Assembly: GCA_044224875.1 (NCBI GenBank)
Contig: JBGAJQ010000001.1
Span: forward strand, 32,001-96,000
DNA: 64,000 nucleotides
From: Gemmatimonadaceae bacterium
GTDB lineage: Bacteria > Gemmatimonadota > Gemmatimonadetes > Gemmatimonadales > Gemmatimonadaceae
Direction of reading: 5' to 3'
The first letter of the stretch is position 1, and the number at the start of each line of letters is the position of its first letter. The position numbers were made by a program, and so were the translations under genes. Under the pieces are notes generated by a model. It was not told the DNA's origin, did no database searches, and was given only the letters and a program-made list of their open reading frames with translations. This document shows, piece by piece, positions 9,769-19,584 of the stretch.

Positions 9769-10527
9769 GTGCGGATCCTTCCTCCGGCGTGTGCGCTCGC
9801 CATGATGTTGCTGCTGCAGGCATGCACGCGCGACCTGCAGCTGGCGCCCCAACCTCCCCGAGCTGCAGCTACAACCACGACCGGGCCCTGGGCCAGCATG
9901 ATTTTTGTGGCCCGCACGGACAGTGGTGTGGTGGCCATCGACCTGGGCTGGACCCATGCGGACGACGGTCTGCGGCGGACACTGACCACCATCGGAGCTA
10001 CGCCACGTGACGTGCGATGGGTGTTTCTCACCCACGCCCATCGCGATCACATCGGGGGATGGCGCTCCGTCCGTCAGGCGACCTTCGTGATCGGGCGGGA
10101 CGAGCTGCCGTACTTCATCGGTTCCGCCACCTACCACGCCTTCGTCCCGCGGATTGGCGATCGGCTCTTTTCCTACGAGCGCCCCAAAGAGGGAGAGCTC
10201 AAGGTCCTTCCGATCGGCTCGGACACCACGTTTGTCCTGGGTCGCGACACGGTGAGGGCGTTTCCCATTCCCGGACACACGCCCGGTAGCACGGCCTACC
10301 TCTTCCGCGAAACGCTCTTTGCCGGGGATGCAGCGAATTGGCGCGTTACGAGCGGCTTCCGTGGGGCACGAAGCGAGTTTTCGGAGAACGTCGAGCAGAG
10401 CCGCGCCAGCATGGCGGCTCTGGTCAAGCGTCTCGACTCGACGGGGATCGCGTGGCGCGTGCTGTGCACCGCGCACGGAAAATGCGGACTTGCGGACTCG
10501 ACCATGCGGCAGAAGATATTGCGTTAG
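9769..10527 (+). CDS. MBL-fold metallo-hydrolase, probable lipoprotein (start uncertain, 9721-9802)
   Basis: THAHRDHIGG, PGHTPGS, FAGD, TAHG. Lipobox LQAC. Confidence 0.8.
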   Translation: MRILPPACALAMMLLLQACTRDLQLAPQPPRAAATTTTGPWASMIFVARTDSGVVAIDLGWTHADDGLRRTLTTIGATPRDVRWVFLTHAHRDHIGGWRSVRQATFVIGRDELPYFIGSATYHAFVPRIGDRLFSYERPKEGELKVLPIGSDTTFVLGRDTVRAFPIPGHTPGSTAYLFRETLFAGDAANWRVTSGFRGARSEFSENVEQSRASMAALVKRLDSTGIAWRVLCTAHGKCGLADSTMRQKILR

Positions 10528-10622
10528 GTCCATCTGGCGTTGATCCTGGGTCACGGCATTGAAGGGAGTGTCGTCAGAAGGTCGGACCTTGGACTGAACT
10601 ACGAGGCTGTGGGAGGTGCGAG

Positions 10623-11024
10623 ATGCGTCGTGCGCTGTTGATCCTGTTGGCCGGTGCTTCGTTGGCTTGCAGCGGCGGACGAACCGCGAGCAGCACGGGC
10701 GCGTTGATGAGTCGAGAGGCGGACGTGATCACCGCCAGCGAAATCGAGCGCGCGCAGGGATTGGTGACCGCTTGGGATGCGGTCGAGCGACTTCGACCTC
10801 GGTTCTTTCGCAACGCGGGCCCCAAGAGCTTTTACGGAGGCTTGGACAACCGACCGATCGTACGCATCGATGAAACGGTTGCCGGCGTCGCAGAAGCGCT
10901 TCGTACCGTCGACATTCAATACGTCCTCGAAATACGCTATTACTCAGCGGCGGATGCGACGGCACGCTTTGGCGGCACATACGGGCGCGCGGTGATCCAT
11001 GTGGTCACGCGGGCACGCCGGTAG
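10623..11024 (+). CDS. Small lipoprotein resembling a stand-alone TonB-receptor plug domain
   Basis: GGAGG RBS, lipobox SLAC. DVITASEI...DAVERLRP...EIRYYSAADATARFG...VIHVVT. Confidence 0.65.
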   Translation: MRRALLILLAGASLACSGGRTASSTGALMSREADVITASEIERAQGLVTAWDAVERLRPRFFRNAGPKSFYGGLDNRPIVRIDETVAGVAEALRTVDIQYVLEIRYYSAADATARFGGTYGRAVIHVVTRARR

Positions 11025-11058
11025 TCGCGCACTGCACGCTCACCCACTTCGGACGGCG

Positions 11059-12186
11059 ATGTACTCTACTTGCACCTTCTGTTATGCGTCCCTCGGACAG
11101 AACGACGTCGTCGAGTCGTTCCCTGTGGCGCGACGCGTAGCATTCGATCCGAAGAAAGGGTGCTTGTGGGCAGTCTGTCCTTCGTGTGCGCGATGGAATC
11201 TGGCCCCGCTCGAGGAGCGCTGGGAGGCAGTAGAGGAATGTGAGCGTCGCTTTCGAGCGACGTCCCTGCGTTACACCGTTGGAGAAATCGGACTGGCCTG
11301 GTTGGGCGAGACCCTCGAGTTGGTGCGCGTGGGGCCGGCGCTCAAGCCAGAGGTTGCGGCGTGGCGTTACGGTCGCATGCTGACACGCCGTCGCCCCCTG
11401 GTACAGCGCGCGATGGGGGAGATAGCGGCCGCCACGATGCGTGCGGCGCGTGTCTTGTCGCGGTCATCGCACCGACGAGATCCCCGAGCCGCCCTGGCCG
11501 AGCTGGTGTTGCATCTGCATGGAGACCGGGTCGTGGATGTTGTTGGTGCTGACGATACGAGCTCCGGGGTGGATCATCGACCGGTGGCTGTCGTGCGCTT
11601 TCGACATCTCCTGCAAGCCTCACTCGCGCGTCCAGAGAGCGGCCGGCCCTGGGCCCTGCACGTCCCGCACGATCACGGCGTGCTGAACATCGAAGGGGAC
11701 GACGGCGTGCGAGCGGCGGCGCGCATGCTCGCGATCATCAACGGCACCGAACGATCGCGCGGCGGCGGATTTTCGCACGAACTGATCGAAAGTGCGGTCC
11801 GCAAGGTGGAAGAAAGTGCGCGTGCGGACGGGTACTTCAATCGTGTACTTGCCATTGCACTGCGTTGTGACTGGGGACGCACGGACCGTGTGATAGCCGG
11901 CGACGAGATCGGTCAGCAGGTTGAACGATTGGAGCGAGCGGACACCGATGTGCAACGATTGGCGTTCCGTCTCACCGGTCGCACCTTCTGGGGTCATGGT
12001 GGGATCGGCAGTGAGCCGCGCACTGCCTTGCTCGACGTGCCGCTGGTCGATCGGCTGGCCCTCGAGATGGCAGCACACGAGGAAGCCGAGCGTCGCGCAC
12101 TGGAAGGCGAACTAGAGGCACTCGCAGAGGCGTGGCGCGAGGCGGACGAAATTGCAGCGATCGCCGACGCCTTGCTCCGAGACTGA
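11059..12186 (+). CDS. Hypothetical protein with N-terminal Zn-ribbon
   Basis: CTFC and CPSC pairs. Coiled C-terminus LEMAAHEEAERRALEGEL. Confidence 0.7.
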   Translation: MYSTCTFCYASLGQNDVVESFPVARRVAFDPKKGCLWAVCPSCARWNLAPLEERWEAVEECERRFRATSLRYTVGEIGLAWLGETLELVRVGPALKPEVAAWRYGRMLTRRRPLVQRAMGEIAAATMRAARVLSRSSHRRDPRAALAELVLHLHGDRVVDVVGADDTSSGVDHRPVAVVRFRHLLQASLARPESGRPWALHVPHDHGVLNIEGDDGVRAAARMLAIINGTERSRGGGFSHELIESAVRKVEESARADGYFNRVLAIALRCDWGRTDRVIAGDEIGQQVERLERADTDVQRLAFRLTGRTFWGHGGIGSEPRTALLDVPLVDRLALEMAAHEEAERRALEGELEALAEAWREADEIAAIADALLRD

Positions 12187-12293
12187 GCGCGCAACAACGC
12201 CGGGACCACGCGCTGATCACGGGTCCGTGCTGCATCTTCCGTTTGTTAGGCGACGTGACTTGTCACGGCATCGCCGATCACTGCGACGCTCGT

Positions 12294-14066
12294 CTACGGT
12301 CGAGTACCGCCACTCACCTGGAGCGGTGCGTTCTTTCGCTGGAACACAATCTGGCCGCTAAACACCGTCAGCTGGCACTGCAGGTCCTTCAGTTGGTCAG
12401 TGGGCACGGTGTACAGGTCGCGATCCCACACGGCGAGGTCCGCGTACTTTCCCACCTCGATCGAACCTGTCTTCTTCTCCAAGAACATCTGGTGCGCGCC
12501 CCAGATGGTGAACGATCGGAGCGCAGTTCGAACGTCCACGGATTCCGCGGTTCCGAAGGCATTCTTCCCATACGTGCCCAGCATGGTCTCACGAGCGACT
12601 GACGCCCAGATCCCATAGCGGGCAGGAAATGGGGTGACTGGAAAGTCGGAGCTGCCGGCCCACTGAATACCGCGGGTCTGGAAGGTCTTGAAAGGGTTCA
12701 AACGAACGTTGCGGGCGGCTCCAAAATTCCCAGCGTAGGTATCACCGATCCACCACATGAAGGTGGCTGACGGCTCGGGATACGCAGCGTCGTATTGCTT
12801 CTGGAACTGCGCCATCATGGAAATGGCGCGGTCGGTCGGGATGTTGGAGTGGATAATGCCGTGTCGGCGGCCCGACTGTGGATTCGCTTTGAGCGCGGCC
12901 GCGTAACTGTCCATCGTCCAGTCGATCGCCTTGTCGCCGATGGAGTGAACGCTGATGTGGAAGCCGGCGTCGTGATAAGCCTTCACCATGGCGCGTAGCG
13001 TGTCTGGGTTGAACGCGGGATAGCCGCGGTTACCGCGATCGACGTCGGTGAGATTCTTGTTCCAATCATCGTAGAGCCAGGCGGTGCGCGCGCCGCCGCT
13101 CCCATCGATGTAGAGCTTGACTCCGCCGGCGATCACGTGGTCGTCGCCCGTCGATTCGTATGGTTTGGTGGTTGCGGCCTTCTCGGCGATGAGCTTCTGC
13201 GCGGTCGCCATGCTCTGGCCGCCTTGCCACAGCGCGAACACGCGCACGTTCAGCCCACCCTCCTCCTCTAGATTCTTGTATGCGTCCCAGTTGGCCTGCG
13301 CGATGCCGGGATCCTTCAATCCCGTCATGCCTTCCTCGTTCAGGGCGGCCGCCAGCTCCCTCATGGCGTCGTGGAGTTGCGCCGGAGTTTCTGTGGGGAC
13401 CAAACGCCCCACCAGTCCCATCGCCGCTTCCTTCAACACCCCGGTCGGGGTGCGGTCCGGATAACGATCGATCGTGCCATTTGGCGGATCGGGTGTATCG
13501 CGGTCGATCTTCGCCAGCTTCAACGCCGCGGTGTTCGCCGTGAGGTAGTGCCCGGTGGTGTGACCGAGCACCACCGGATTGCCGGGGGAGACGTCGTCAA
13601 TGTCCTTGGCCGTGACCAGGCGGTGTTCGTCGAGCTTCCCTTCATCCCACCCGCGTGCCAGCACCCATCCACCGGCAGGCGTCCCCTCGATGCGGGAGGC
13701 CAGCGCCGTCCGGATGTCCGAGATGCTCTTGGCCTGCGGGTAGCTCACATCCAGCACATACTTTCGCTCGTAGGCCCCGCCAGAGAAGTGTTCGTGCGCG
13801 TCGATCAACCCCGGCGTCACGGTCAGCCCACGTAAGTCAACGCGCTGCGTTTTCCCTCCAGCCAATGCCTGGATGGCCGAGTCCGATCCCACGGCCACGA
13901 TCTTGTGATCCTTGACGGCAATTGCCTGTACAATGCGGTCTTCCGCGTCGACCGTGATCACCTTACCGTGGAAGAGGATCAGGTCCGCATCGTTAGGGTT
14001 CGCGCGCGGGGCGCAGCTGACGGCAACGAGTGCAGCCGCGAGACTTGCGGTGATCGGACGAGACAT
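12294..14066 (-). CDS. Amidohydrolase-3 family lipoprotein (YtcJ-like)
   Basis: PGLIDAHEH, GVKLYIDGS, VHSIGD, GSSDFP, GSIEVGKYADL. Confidence 0.9.
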   Translation of the reverse strand: MSRPITASLAAALVAVSCAPRANPNDADLILFHGKVITVDAEDRIVQAIAVKDHKIVAVGSDSAIQALAGGKTQRVDLRGLTVTPGLIDAHEHFSGGAYERKYVLDVSYPQAKSISDIRTALASRIEGTPAGGWVLARGWDEGKLDEHRLVTAKDIDDVSPGNPVVLGHTTGHYLTANTAALKLAKIDRDTPDPPNGTIDRYPDRTPTGVLKEAAMGLVGRLVPTETPAQLHDAMRELAAALNEEGMTGLKDPGIAQANWDAYKNLEEEGGLNVRVFALWQGGQSMATAQKLIAEKAATTKPYESTGDDHVIAGGVKLYIDGSGGARTAWLYDDWNKNLTDVDRGNRGYPAFNPDTLRAMVKAYHDAGFHISVHSIGDKAIDWTMDSYAAALKANPQSGRRHGIIHSNIPTDRAISMMAQFQKQYDAAYPEPSATFMWWIGDTYAGNFGAARNVRLNPFKTFQTRGIQWAGSSDFPVTPFPARYGIWASVARETMLGTYGKNAFGTAESVDVRTALRSFTIWGAHQMFLEKKTGSIEVGKYADLAVWDRDLYTVPTDQLKDLQCQLTVFSGQIVFQRKNAPLQVSGGTRP

Positions 14067-14137
14067 GAATGGGGGCGCCAGGGTTTCGTGTGCCGCAACG
14101 AAGGGCGCTCCAATGTGCCGTCACCCGCTCGGTTCCG

Positions 14138-15820
14138 TCAGGGGCGGGGCGCGGGAACCGCGACGACCTTTGCTGCGACGGCGCCGGGAGCGAGTCGCAA
14201 GGTATCCAGCGCGGCCAGGCGATCTCCATCTCGGCGATTCAACCGTAGCAATGTGTTGGACGGCAAGTCGCAGAACGCCACGCCGCCACGCGAATCGGAC
14301 GTCCCCGTCGCCTCGCGTTCAATCGCCGAGAGCTCGGACGCGGACTTCTCGTATTCCTTCCAGGTGACCGTGAGCGCCACAAATGCGAGGGGGTTTCCGT
14401 TGGCCTGGTTGCGAACCCCGACGCGCAGGGTGGCGCGGTCCGCGTCTGGCCGTCGGCCCAAACAGAGTCTCGCGACGACATCGCGCGTCTCGGCGGCCCG
14501 AAAGGTCAGTCGCTTGGCGTCTCCCTCTTTCAGTGACACCTCGCCCACCGCGGCTGGCATGCCTAACGCGTCGTAATCGGCATGCTCCACGACCACGTCA
14601 AACGACCCAGCGGGCAGTGAGTCCAGCCGGAACGAGCCATTCGCCAGAGAGGTGGTCACGTACGGAGTGCCCTGCAGGCGGATTCGCGCTCCTTCCAGCG
14701 GACGGCGCGCACTATCCTGCACCACACCAGTGATCGTAGACGGCCGCTCGTAGATACGCAGCCCTTCCGCTGTCACATCGCCCCCTTCCTCGCGCAGGCG
14801 AAATACCACCGGTCGCACGAGCACGCTTGGTGCTGCGCTGGTCAGGCCCATGGGTGGAGCGATGGAACGCCCGAACTGCGGCATCCGAATGAACCATCGC
14901 CGCACAATCCACGCACCCGACTTCAAGCGTGCGAAGTGGACTTCCCCGCCGATACGCGAGCTATCTGGGCCAACGTTGTCGAGATTGGTATAGCGATACT
15001 CGACAAAGCGCAGCTCGTAGGTCTTGTTGTCGAGCCACAGTGTCCCGCGCACGTCCCCCACGCTGCGGTCCTTCTCTGGCTCGAAGCCCAAGCCAATAAG
15101 ACCTGGGCGATCCTTGGCGGGAGGCGTGTACTGAAAACAGTGGTCGTCGAGAAACGAATCGGAGAGCAACACGTCGGCGTCGGGTGCATAGTACATCGTT
15201 GCATCCCCTTCCTGTCGCCAAAATCCGCGTGCTGAGAGTGAGTCCGCCGCCAATGAATAGAACGGCCGGTCGACAACGCCCTGCACATCTGATCGCGTTT
15301 CACTCAGCACACGCAGTGTCACTGGATCGACTTCACGGACATACCGCACCAGGCGCGCCTTGAACAGGCGGTCGCGCAACGAAATCTGCGCGGCGGTCAA
15401 CGCGGTTCGTGCCTCATCCCACAGCGATCCAACACGCCCGGCGTCCCGCTCACTTCGTCGGCACAGCGGAATTGCCGTGATCACCACCTCGGGCAGCGAG
15501 TACAGCAGCGCGTCCAGGACCACATCGAGTCTTCTCGTCTCTCCCTCCGCCAGCACGAACGGCTGAGACGAGAAGCGCTTTACGCCAATCCGCTTTGCGT
15601 CCAGATGGTAGCGGCCAGCGGCCGGCGCGCGAATGGCGAACGCGCCGCCTTCGTCGGAAAGCGCTGACCCAATCGTGTGTGACGTGCTATCCAGCAGCGT
15701 CACCAGGACGCCGCTGAGCGGCGCCGCGGACGCCCGCTCCGTGACGGTGCCGCGCACCAGTTGCGCCTGCAACCGGGGCACGAGCAGCAGCAACAACAAC
15801 GTCGTTATTCGAATTCTCAT
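14138..15820 (-). CDS. Secreted protein with carboxypeptidase-regulatory-like (CarboxypepD_reg) domains
   Basis: Signal peptide. Repeated VRGTV...PLSGV...G.F.I and ITGVVQD...PLEGA...GSFRL beta-sandwiches. Confidence 0.7.
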   Translation of the reverse strand: MRIRITTLLLLLLVPRLQAQLVRGTVTERASAAPLSGVLVTLLDSTSHTIGSALSDEGGAFAIRAPAAGRYHLDAKRIGVKRFSSQPFVLAEGETRRLDVVLDALLYSLPEVVITAIPLCRRSERDAGRVGSLWDEARTALTAAQISLRDRLFKARLVRYVREVDPVTLRVLSETRSDVQGVVDRPFYSLAADSLSARGFWRQEGDATMYYAPDADVLLSDSFLDDHCFQYTPPAKDRPGLIGLGFEPEKDRSVGDVRGTLWLDNKTYELRFVEYRYTNLDNVGPDSSRIGGEVHFARLKSGAWIVRRWFIRMPQFGRSIAPPMGLTSAAPSVLVRPVVFRLREEGGDVTAEGLRIYERPSTITGVVQDSARRPLEGARIRLQGTPYVTTSLANGSFRLDSLPAGSFDVVVEHADYDALGMPAAVGEVSLKEGDAKRLTFRAAETRDVVARLCLGRRPDADRATLRVGVRNQANGNPLAFVALTVTWKEYEKSASELSAIEREATGTSDSRGGVAFCDLPSNTLLRLNRRDGDRLAALDTLRLAPGAVAAKVVAVPAPRP

Positions 15821-15932
15821 GCACCCTTCACGATTCTGTAATGCATCGCTCACCGTCGTTTCACCGGCTGCACCGTCATTAGAAGTGAGCGCCTATCGAC
15901 AGACGCTCGAACCCTCTGACGCGGGAGAGTCG

Positions 15933-16628
15933 ATGCGCATCACCCTCAGTGAAACAGGACGCGCGCGCAAGCGGTCACCACTCGGAACGACCGTGAGCGT
16001 GGTCCTCCACGCGACGCTGTTCGTCATGGTCGCAGCTGGCGCCGGCATGTCCAACCAGGGGCCACCCGAAAAGCCACACCGTGACATCCTTGTCTACACG
16101 CCGACACCGGTGGTCCCCCATACCCCACGGCCGGCCACCAGCGGTCCGACGCATTCTACCTGGAATCCCTCGGCTCCACCCCCGATCCCCGGTCGTGTGG
16201 AGATCACGGTCCCCGACTTTAGGAATGTTGGCGATCATCTTCTCACGGATGGGGGACCGCTGGTCGAATTCGGACACGCAACCCTTGCCCAAACGACTGG
16301 AGTCTCCCGTAGCGATGCGACCGTCAGCGACGTGTATGATGTCCGTGCGGTCGAGGTCCCCGCAAAGACCATCGGAAACCAGGCCCCGCGCTATCCATCC
16401 GTGCTCTCCACAGCCGGCATCGAAGGAAGTGTTGTGGTCCGCTATGTCGTGGATACCCTCGGCCACGTGGAGCAAGGATCTGTCACCACCGTCAGCACGA
16501 CCCACGCACTCTTCGAGCGGGCGGTCCGCGACGCGCTGCCGCGATTTCGATTCTCCAGTGCGCAGGTGGGCGGTCGAAAAGTCCGGCAGCTCGTCGAGCA
16601 GTCCTTCGCTTTTGAACTGCGTCGTTAA
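15933..16628 (+). CDS. tonB: TonB-family energy transducer
   Basis: TM segment SVVLHA, Pro-rich linker, C-terminal PRYP...GIEGSVVVRYVVD...VEQSFAF. Confidence 0.8.
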   Translation: MRITLSETGRARKRSPLGTTVSVVLHATLFVMVAAGAGMSNQGPPEKPHRDILVYTPTPVVPHTPRPATSGPTHSTWNPSAPPPIPGRVEITVPDFRNVGDHLLTDGGPLVEFGHATLAQTTGVSRSDATVSDVYDVRAVEVPAKTIGNQAPRYPSVLSTAGIEGSVVVRYVVDTLGHVEQGSVTTVSTTHALFERAVRDALPRFRFSSAQVGGRKVRQLVEQSFAFELRR

Positions 16629-18175
16629 CGCCGACGCCGTGTGGTGCTTGGTTTCCCGCGCAGCACGCCGAGAGCATCGCGAACGAGTGTACCGGTGATC
16701 GCGACGGCAGCCGTGCGAATTACGCTGCGCGTGATGCTCGAGCCGAGGATTTGGCCCAGGAGTCCGCCTCCCGCGGGTTCCTGGGCCTTGCCACGGGCTG
16801 GCGCTTCGTTGGCCGGTGCGTCTCCGGCGGCAGCATCCGCCACGCGTGACGCGAGCATCTCGCGAGCGCTCTCGCGGTCGACCGCCTGCGCGTACTTCCT
16901 CACTTGGGGCGTCTGGAGCCGCTGCGACATCTCCGCGTCCGTGAGCGGACCCATGCGACTTTGCGGCGGGATCATGCGAGACACGAATGGCGGCGTGGGC
17001 GTGCCTTGAGGCGTGAGCACGGTAACCAAGGCCTCGCCGATTCCTAACGATGTCAGTGTCTGCTGCACATCGTAGAACGTGGTTTTGGGGAACGTCCGGG
17101 CGGCTGCCTTCAGCGCGGCCTCATCGTCGGGGGTGAAGGCCCGAAGGGCATGCTGCACGCGTTGTCCGAGCTGAGCCAGTACCGTTTCGGGAATGTCCTT
17201 GGGGCTCTGCGTGATAAAAAACACGCCAACACCCTTCGATCGAATCAGCCGTACCACTTGCTCGATCTGCTGGAGCAGCGCATCGCTGGCGTTATCGAAC
17301 AGCAAGTGCGCTTCGTCGAAGAAGAACACGAGTTTTGGCTTGTCGATGTCTCCGACCTCGGGGAGTTCATTGTACAGGGATGCAAGCATCCAGAGCATGA
17401 ACGTCGAGAATAACGCCGGGCGCTGCTGGACATCCATGAGTTCGAGCACGCTGATCAACCCTCGGCCATCGCGCTCGGTCTGCAGCAGATCGTCCAGGTC
17501 AAACATCGGCTCGCCGAAGAACTTGTCAGCGCCCTGCTGCTCCAGTTCCACCATTTCGCGCAGCAACACGCCGACTGTCGCCTTTGACATGCCGCCGTAC
17601 TGCTTCAACTCATCGGCACCTTCGTCGGAGAGGTACTGGAGGATGGCCTTGAGATCGCTGAGGTCCAACAGGAGCAACTTCTGGTCGTCGCAAAGCTTGA
17701 ACACCATCGACAGCACGGACGTTTGCGTGTCGTTGAGTCCGAGCACCTTTGCCAGCAGCAATGGGCCGAATGACGATACCGTCGCCCGGAGTTGCGCCCC
17801 CTTTGTGCCTGTCAGGCTGAGAAACTCCACCGGGAAACCGGCACCACGCCACTCGTAGCCCGTGTCCTTGGCGCGTGCGGCGACCTTGTCACTCGGCTCA
17901 CCGGCCACACCGATGCCAGACACGTCGCCCTTGATGTCGGCGAGGAATACCGGAATTCCCTGCGAGGAAAGCTGTTCTGCAATCAGCTGCAGGGACTTCG
18001 TCTTTCCCGTGCCTGTGGCGCCCGCAATGAGGCCGTGCCGATTCATCATGCCAACGGGAATACGGATGATCGGCTCGGGATCGCAGGCCCCCTCGTGCAC
18101 CACTGCGCCTAACGTGATGGAGGCGGTCGTGGACGAGAAAGCCTTCTTGGCGGCGTCGATGACAGCAGAATTCAT
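16625..18175 (-). CDS. DUF853/YjgR HerA-like P-loop ATPase
   Basis: NRHGLIAGATGTGKT, FFDEAHLLF, RLIRSKGVG, QHALRAFTP. Confidence 0.9.
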   Translation of the reverse strand: MNSAVIDAAKKAFSSTTASITLGAVVHEGACDPEPIIRIPVGMMNRHGLIAGATGTGKTKSLQLIAEQLSSQGIPVFLADIKGDVSGIGVAGEPSDKVAARAKDTGYEWRGAGFPVEFLSLTGTKGAQLRATVSSFGPLLLAKVLGLNDTQTSVLSMVFKLCDDQKLLLLDLSDLKAILQYLSDEGADELKQYGGMSKATVGVLLREMVELEQQGADKFFGEPMFDLDDLLQTERDGRGLISVLELMDVQQRPALFSTFMLWMLASLYNELPEVGDIDKPKLVFFFDEAHLLFDNASDALLQQIEQVVRLIRSKGVGVFFITQSPKDIPETVLAQLGQRVQHALRAFTPDDEAALKAAARTFPKTTFYDVQQTLTSLGIGEALVTVLTPQGTPTPPFVSRMIPPQSRMGPLTDAEMSQRLQTPQVRKYAQAVDRESAREMLASRVADAAAGDAPANEAPARGKAQEPAGGGLLGQILGSSITRSVIRTAAVAITGTLVRDALGVLRGKPSTTRRRR

Positions 18176-18259
18176 GGTCGAGGCGTGGCGAGGAGCTGGG
18201 AGCCAACTGGACGCCCCAATCCTAGCCAGACATACCTCGACGCGCCATGACGCGCGGAC

Positions 18260-18760
18260 CTACTCGAAACTCGGCTCGTACGCTTCGGCGTCCGCCGGTC
18301 GCAGCTGTGTGTGACGGTGCAGCATTCGTACGCAAGAGTTCCAGCGCAGGATGGCCTCGTCGTTCCCAGCGGGACGCATCTTCTCAGCCTTCGCGAACCA
18401 GTCCATGGCCTGCGATATCCAGTCAAAGGCCATTTCCGCAGCGCGTGGGATCCGGCGATTGAGCAATGCCTTCCCCCATCGTTCGCAAATGATGCCATTG
18501 TAGTACGCGTTCTTGTACGGCTCCGTCAGACGCACGACCGCGGCCCTGGCGCGTGCCAAAGCGTCGTTCGACCCGTCGCCGAACTGGTCGGTGATGGCAA
18601 GGGCGTGAGTGACGATGGCTTCCACGTTGGCGGGATCGACCGCGAGAATGTCCTCGCAGATGCTCTCTGCCGCCGCGGAGTCGTTCAACAGACGGTAGCG
18701 ATTCGCTTTCTGGAGTGCCGCGGGGACGCCGGCCATCGTAATCGGCTTGAGCTCGTGCAT
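18260..18760 (-). CDS. Helical (TPR-like) hypothetical protein downstream of sdhB
   Basis: RYRLLN...AESICEDIL, YYNGIICER, AILRWNSC. Co-oriented with the sdh genes. Confidence 0.7.
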   Translation of the reverse strand: MHELKPITMAGVPAALQKANRYRLLNDSAAAESICEDILAVDPANVEAIVTHALAITDQFGDGSNDALARARAAVVRLTEPYKNAYYNGIICERWGKALLNRRIPRAAEMAFDWISQAMDWFAKAEKMRPAGNDEAILRWNSCVRMLHRHTQLRPADAEAYEPSFE

Positions 18761-18801
18761 AACGATCACTCCTCGACGCCAGAGCGTCGGGTGCTTGTGG
18801 G

Positions 18802-19557
18802 TCAGCTGCCGGACTTCCTTCCTCTCACCAACCGGACCAGCTTCACCACCGGATCAAAAAACTCGTCGACGACACGTTCCTTGAGGGGAATGATAGCGTT
18901 GTCCGTGATCGCGATGTTCTCCGGACACACCGCCGTGCAGCACTTCGTGATGTTGCAATACCCGATGGCAAAGTCATCCTTCAACGGCCGCAACCGATTG
19001 CCCTCATCCAACGGATGCATCTCCAAAGCCGCCGTGTACGTCAGAAAGCGCGGCCCAATGAACTCCTCGTGCTTGTGATGGTCCCGCAGCACGTGACACA
19101 CATCCTGGCACAAGTAGCACTCGATGCACTTGCGGAACTCCTGCACGCGGTCCGCATCCCGTTGCTGCATGCGCCATGTTCCGTCAGGCGCATCGGGCCG
19201 GCGCGGTGTGAAGCGCTGGATCTTCTTCTTCACCGCAAAATTCCACGAGACGTCGGAGACCAAGTCCCGCACATGGGGAAAGGCGCGCATGGGCTCCACG
19301 GTGATCGGCTCACTCGTGTTCAGCTGATTCATCCGCGTCATGCACATGAGCTTTGGCATGCCGTTGATCTCTGCCGAACATGAGCCGCACTTGCCGGCCT
19401 TGCAATTCCACCTGAGGGCAAGGTCATTGGCCTGCTCGGCCTGGATCTGGTGAATGGCGTCCAGGACGACCATGCCTTCGGAAATCTCCGTCCGGTACTC
19501 GCCAAAGGCGCCGTTACCGCGGTCACCACGCCAGATGCGAAAGGTTGCGAGAGCCAT
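18802..19557 (-). CDS. sdhB: Succinate dehydrogenase/fumarate reductase Fe-S subunit
   Basis: CKAGKCGSC, CIECYLCQDVC, CNITKCCTAVCP. Confidence 0.92.
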   Translation of the reverse strand: MALATFRIWRGDRGNGAFGEYRTEISEGMVVLDAIHQIQAEQANDLALRWNCKAGKCGSCSAEINGMPKLMCMTRMNQLNTSEPITVEPMRAFPHVRDLVSDVSWNFAVKKKIQRFTPRRPDAPDGTWRMQQRDADRVQEFRKCIECYLCQDVCHVLRDHHKHEEFIGPRFLTYTAALEMHPLDEGNRLRPLKDDFAIGYCNITKCCTAVCPENIAITDNAIIPLKERVVDEFFDPVVKLVRLVRGRKSGS

Positions 19558-19584
19558 GGAAGGATGCGGGAGGTGGGAGCGCGG

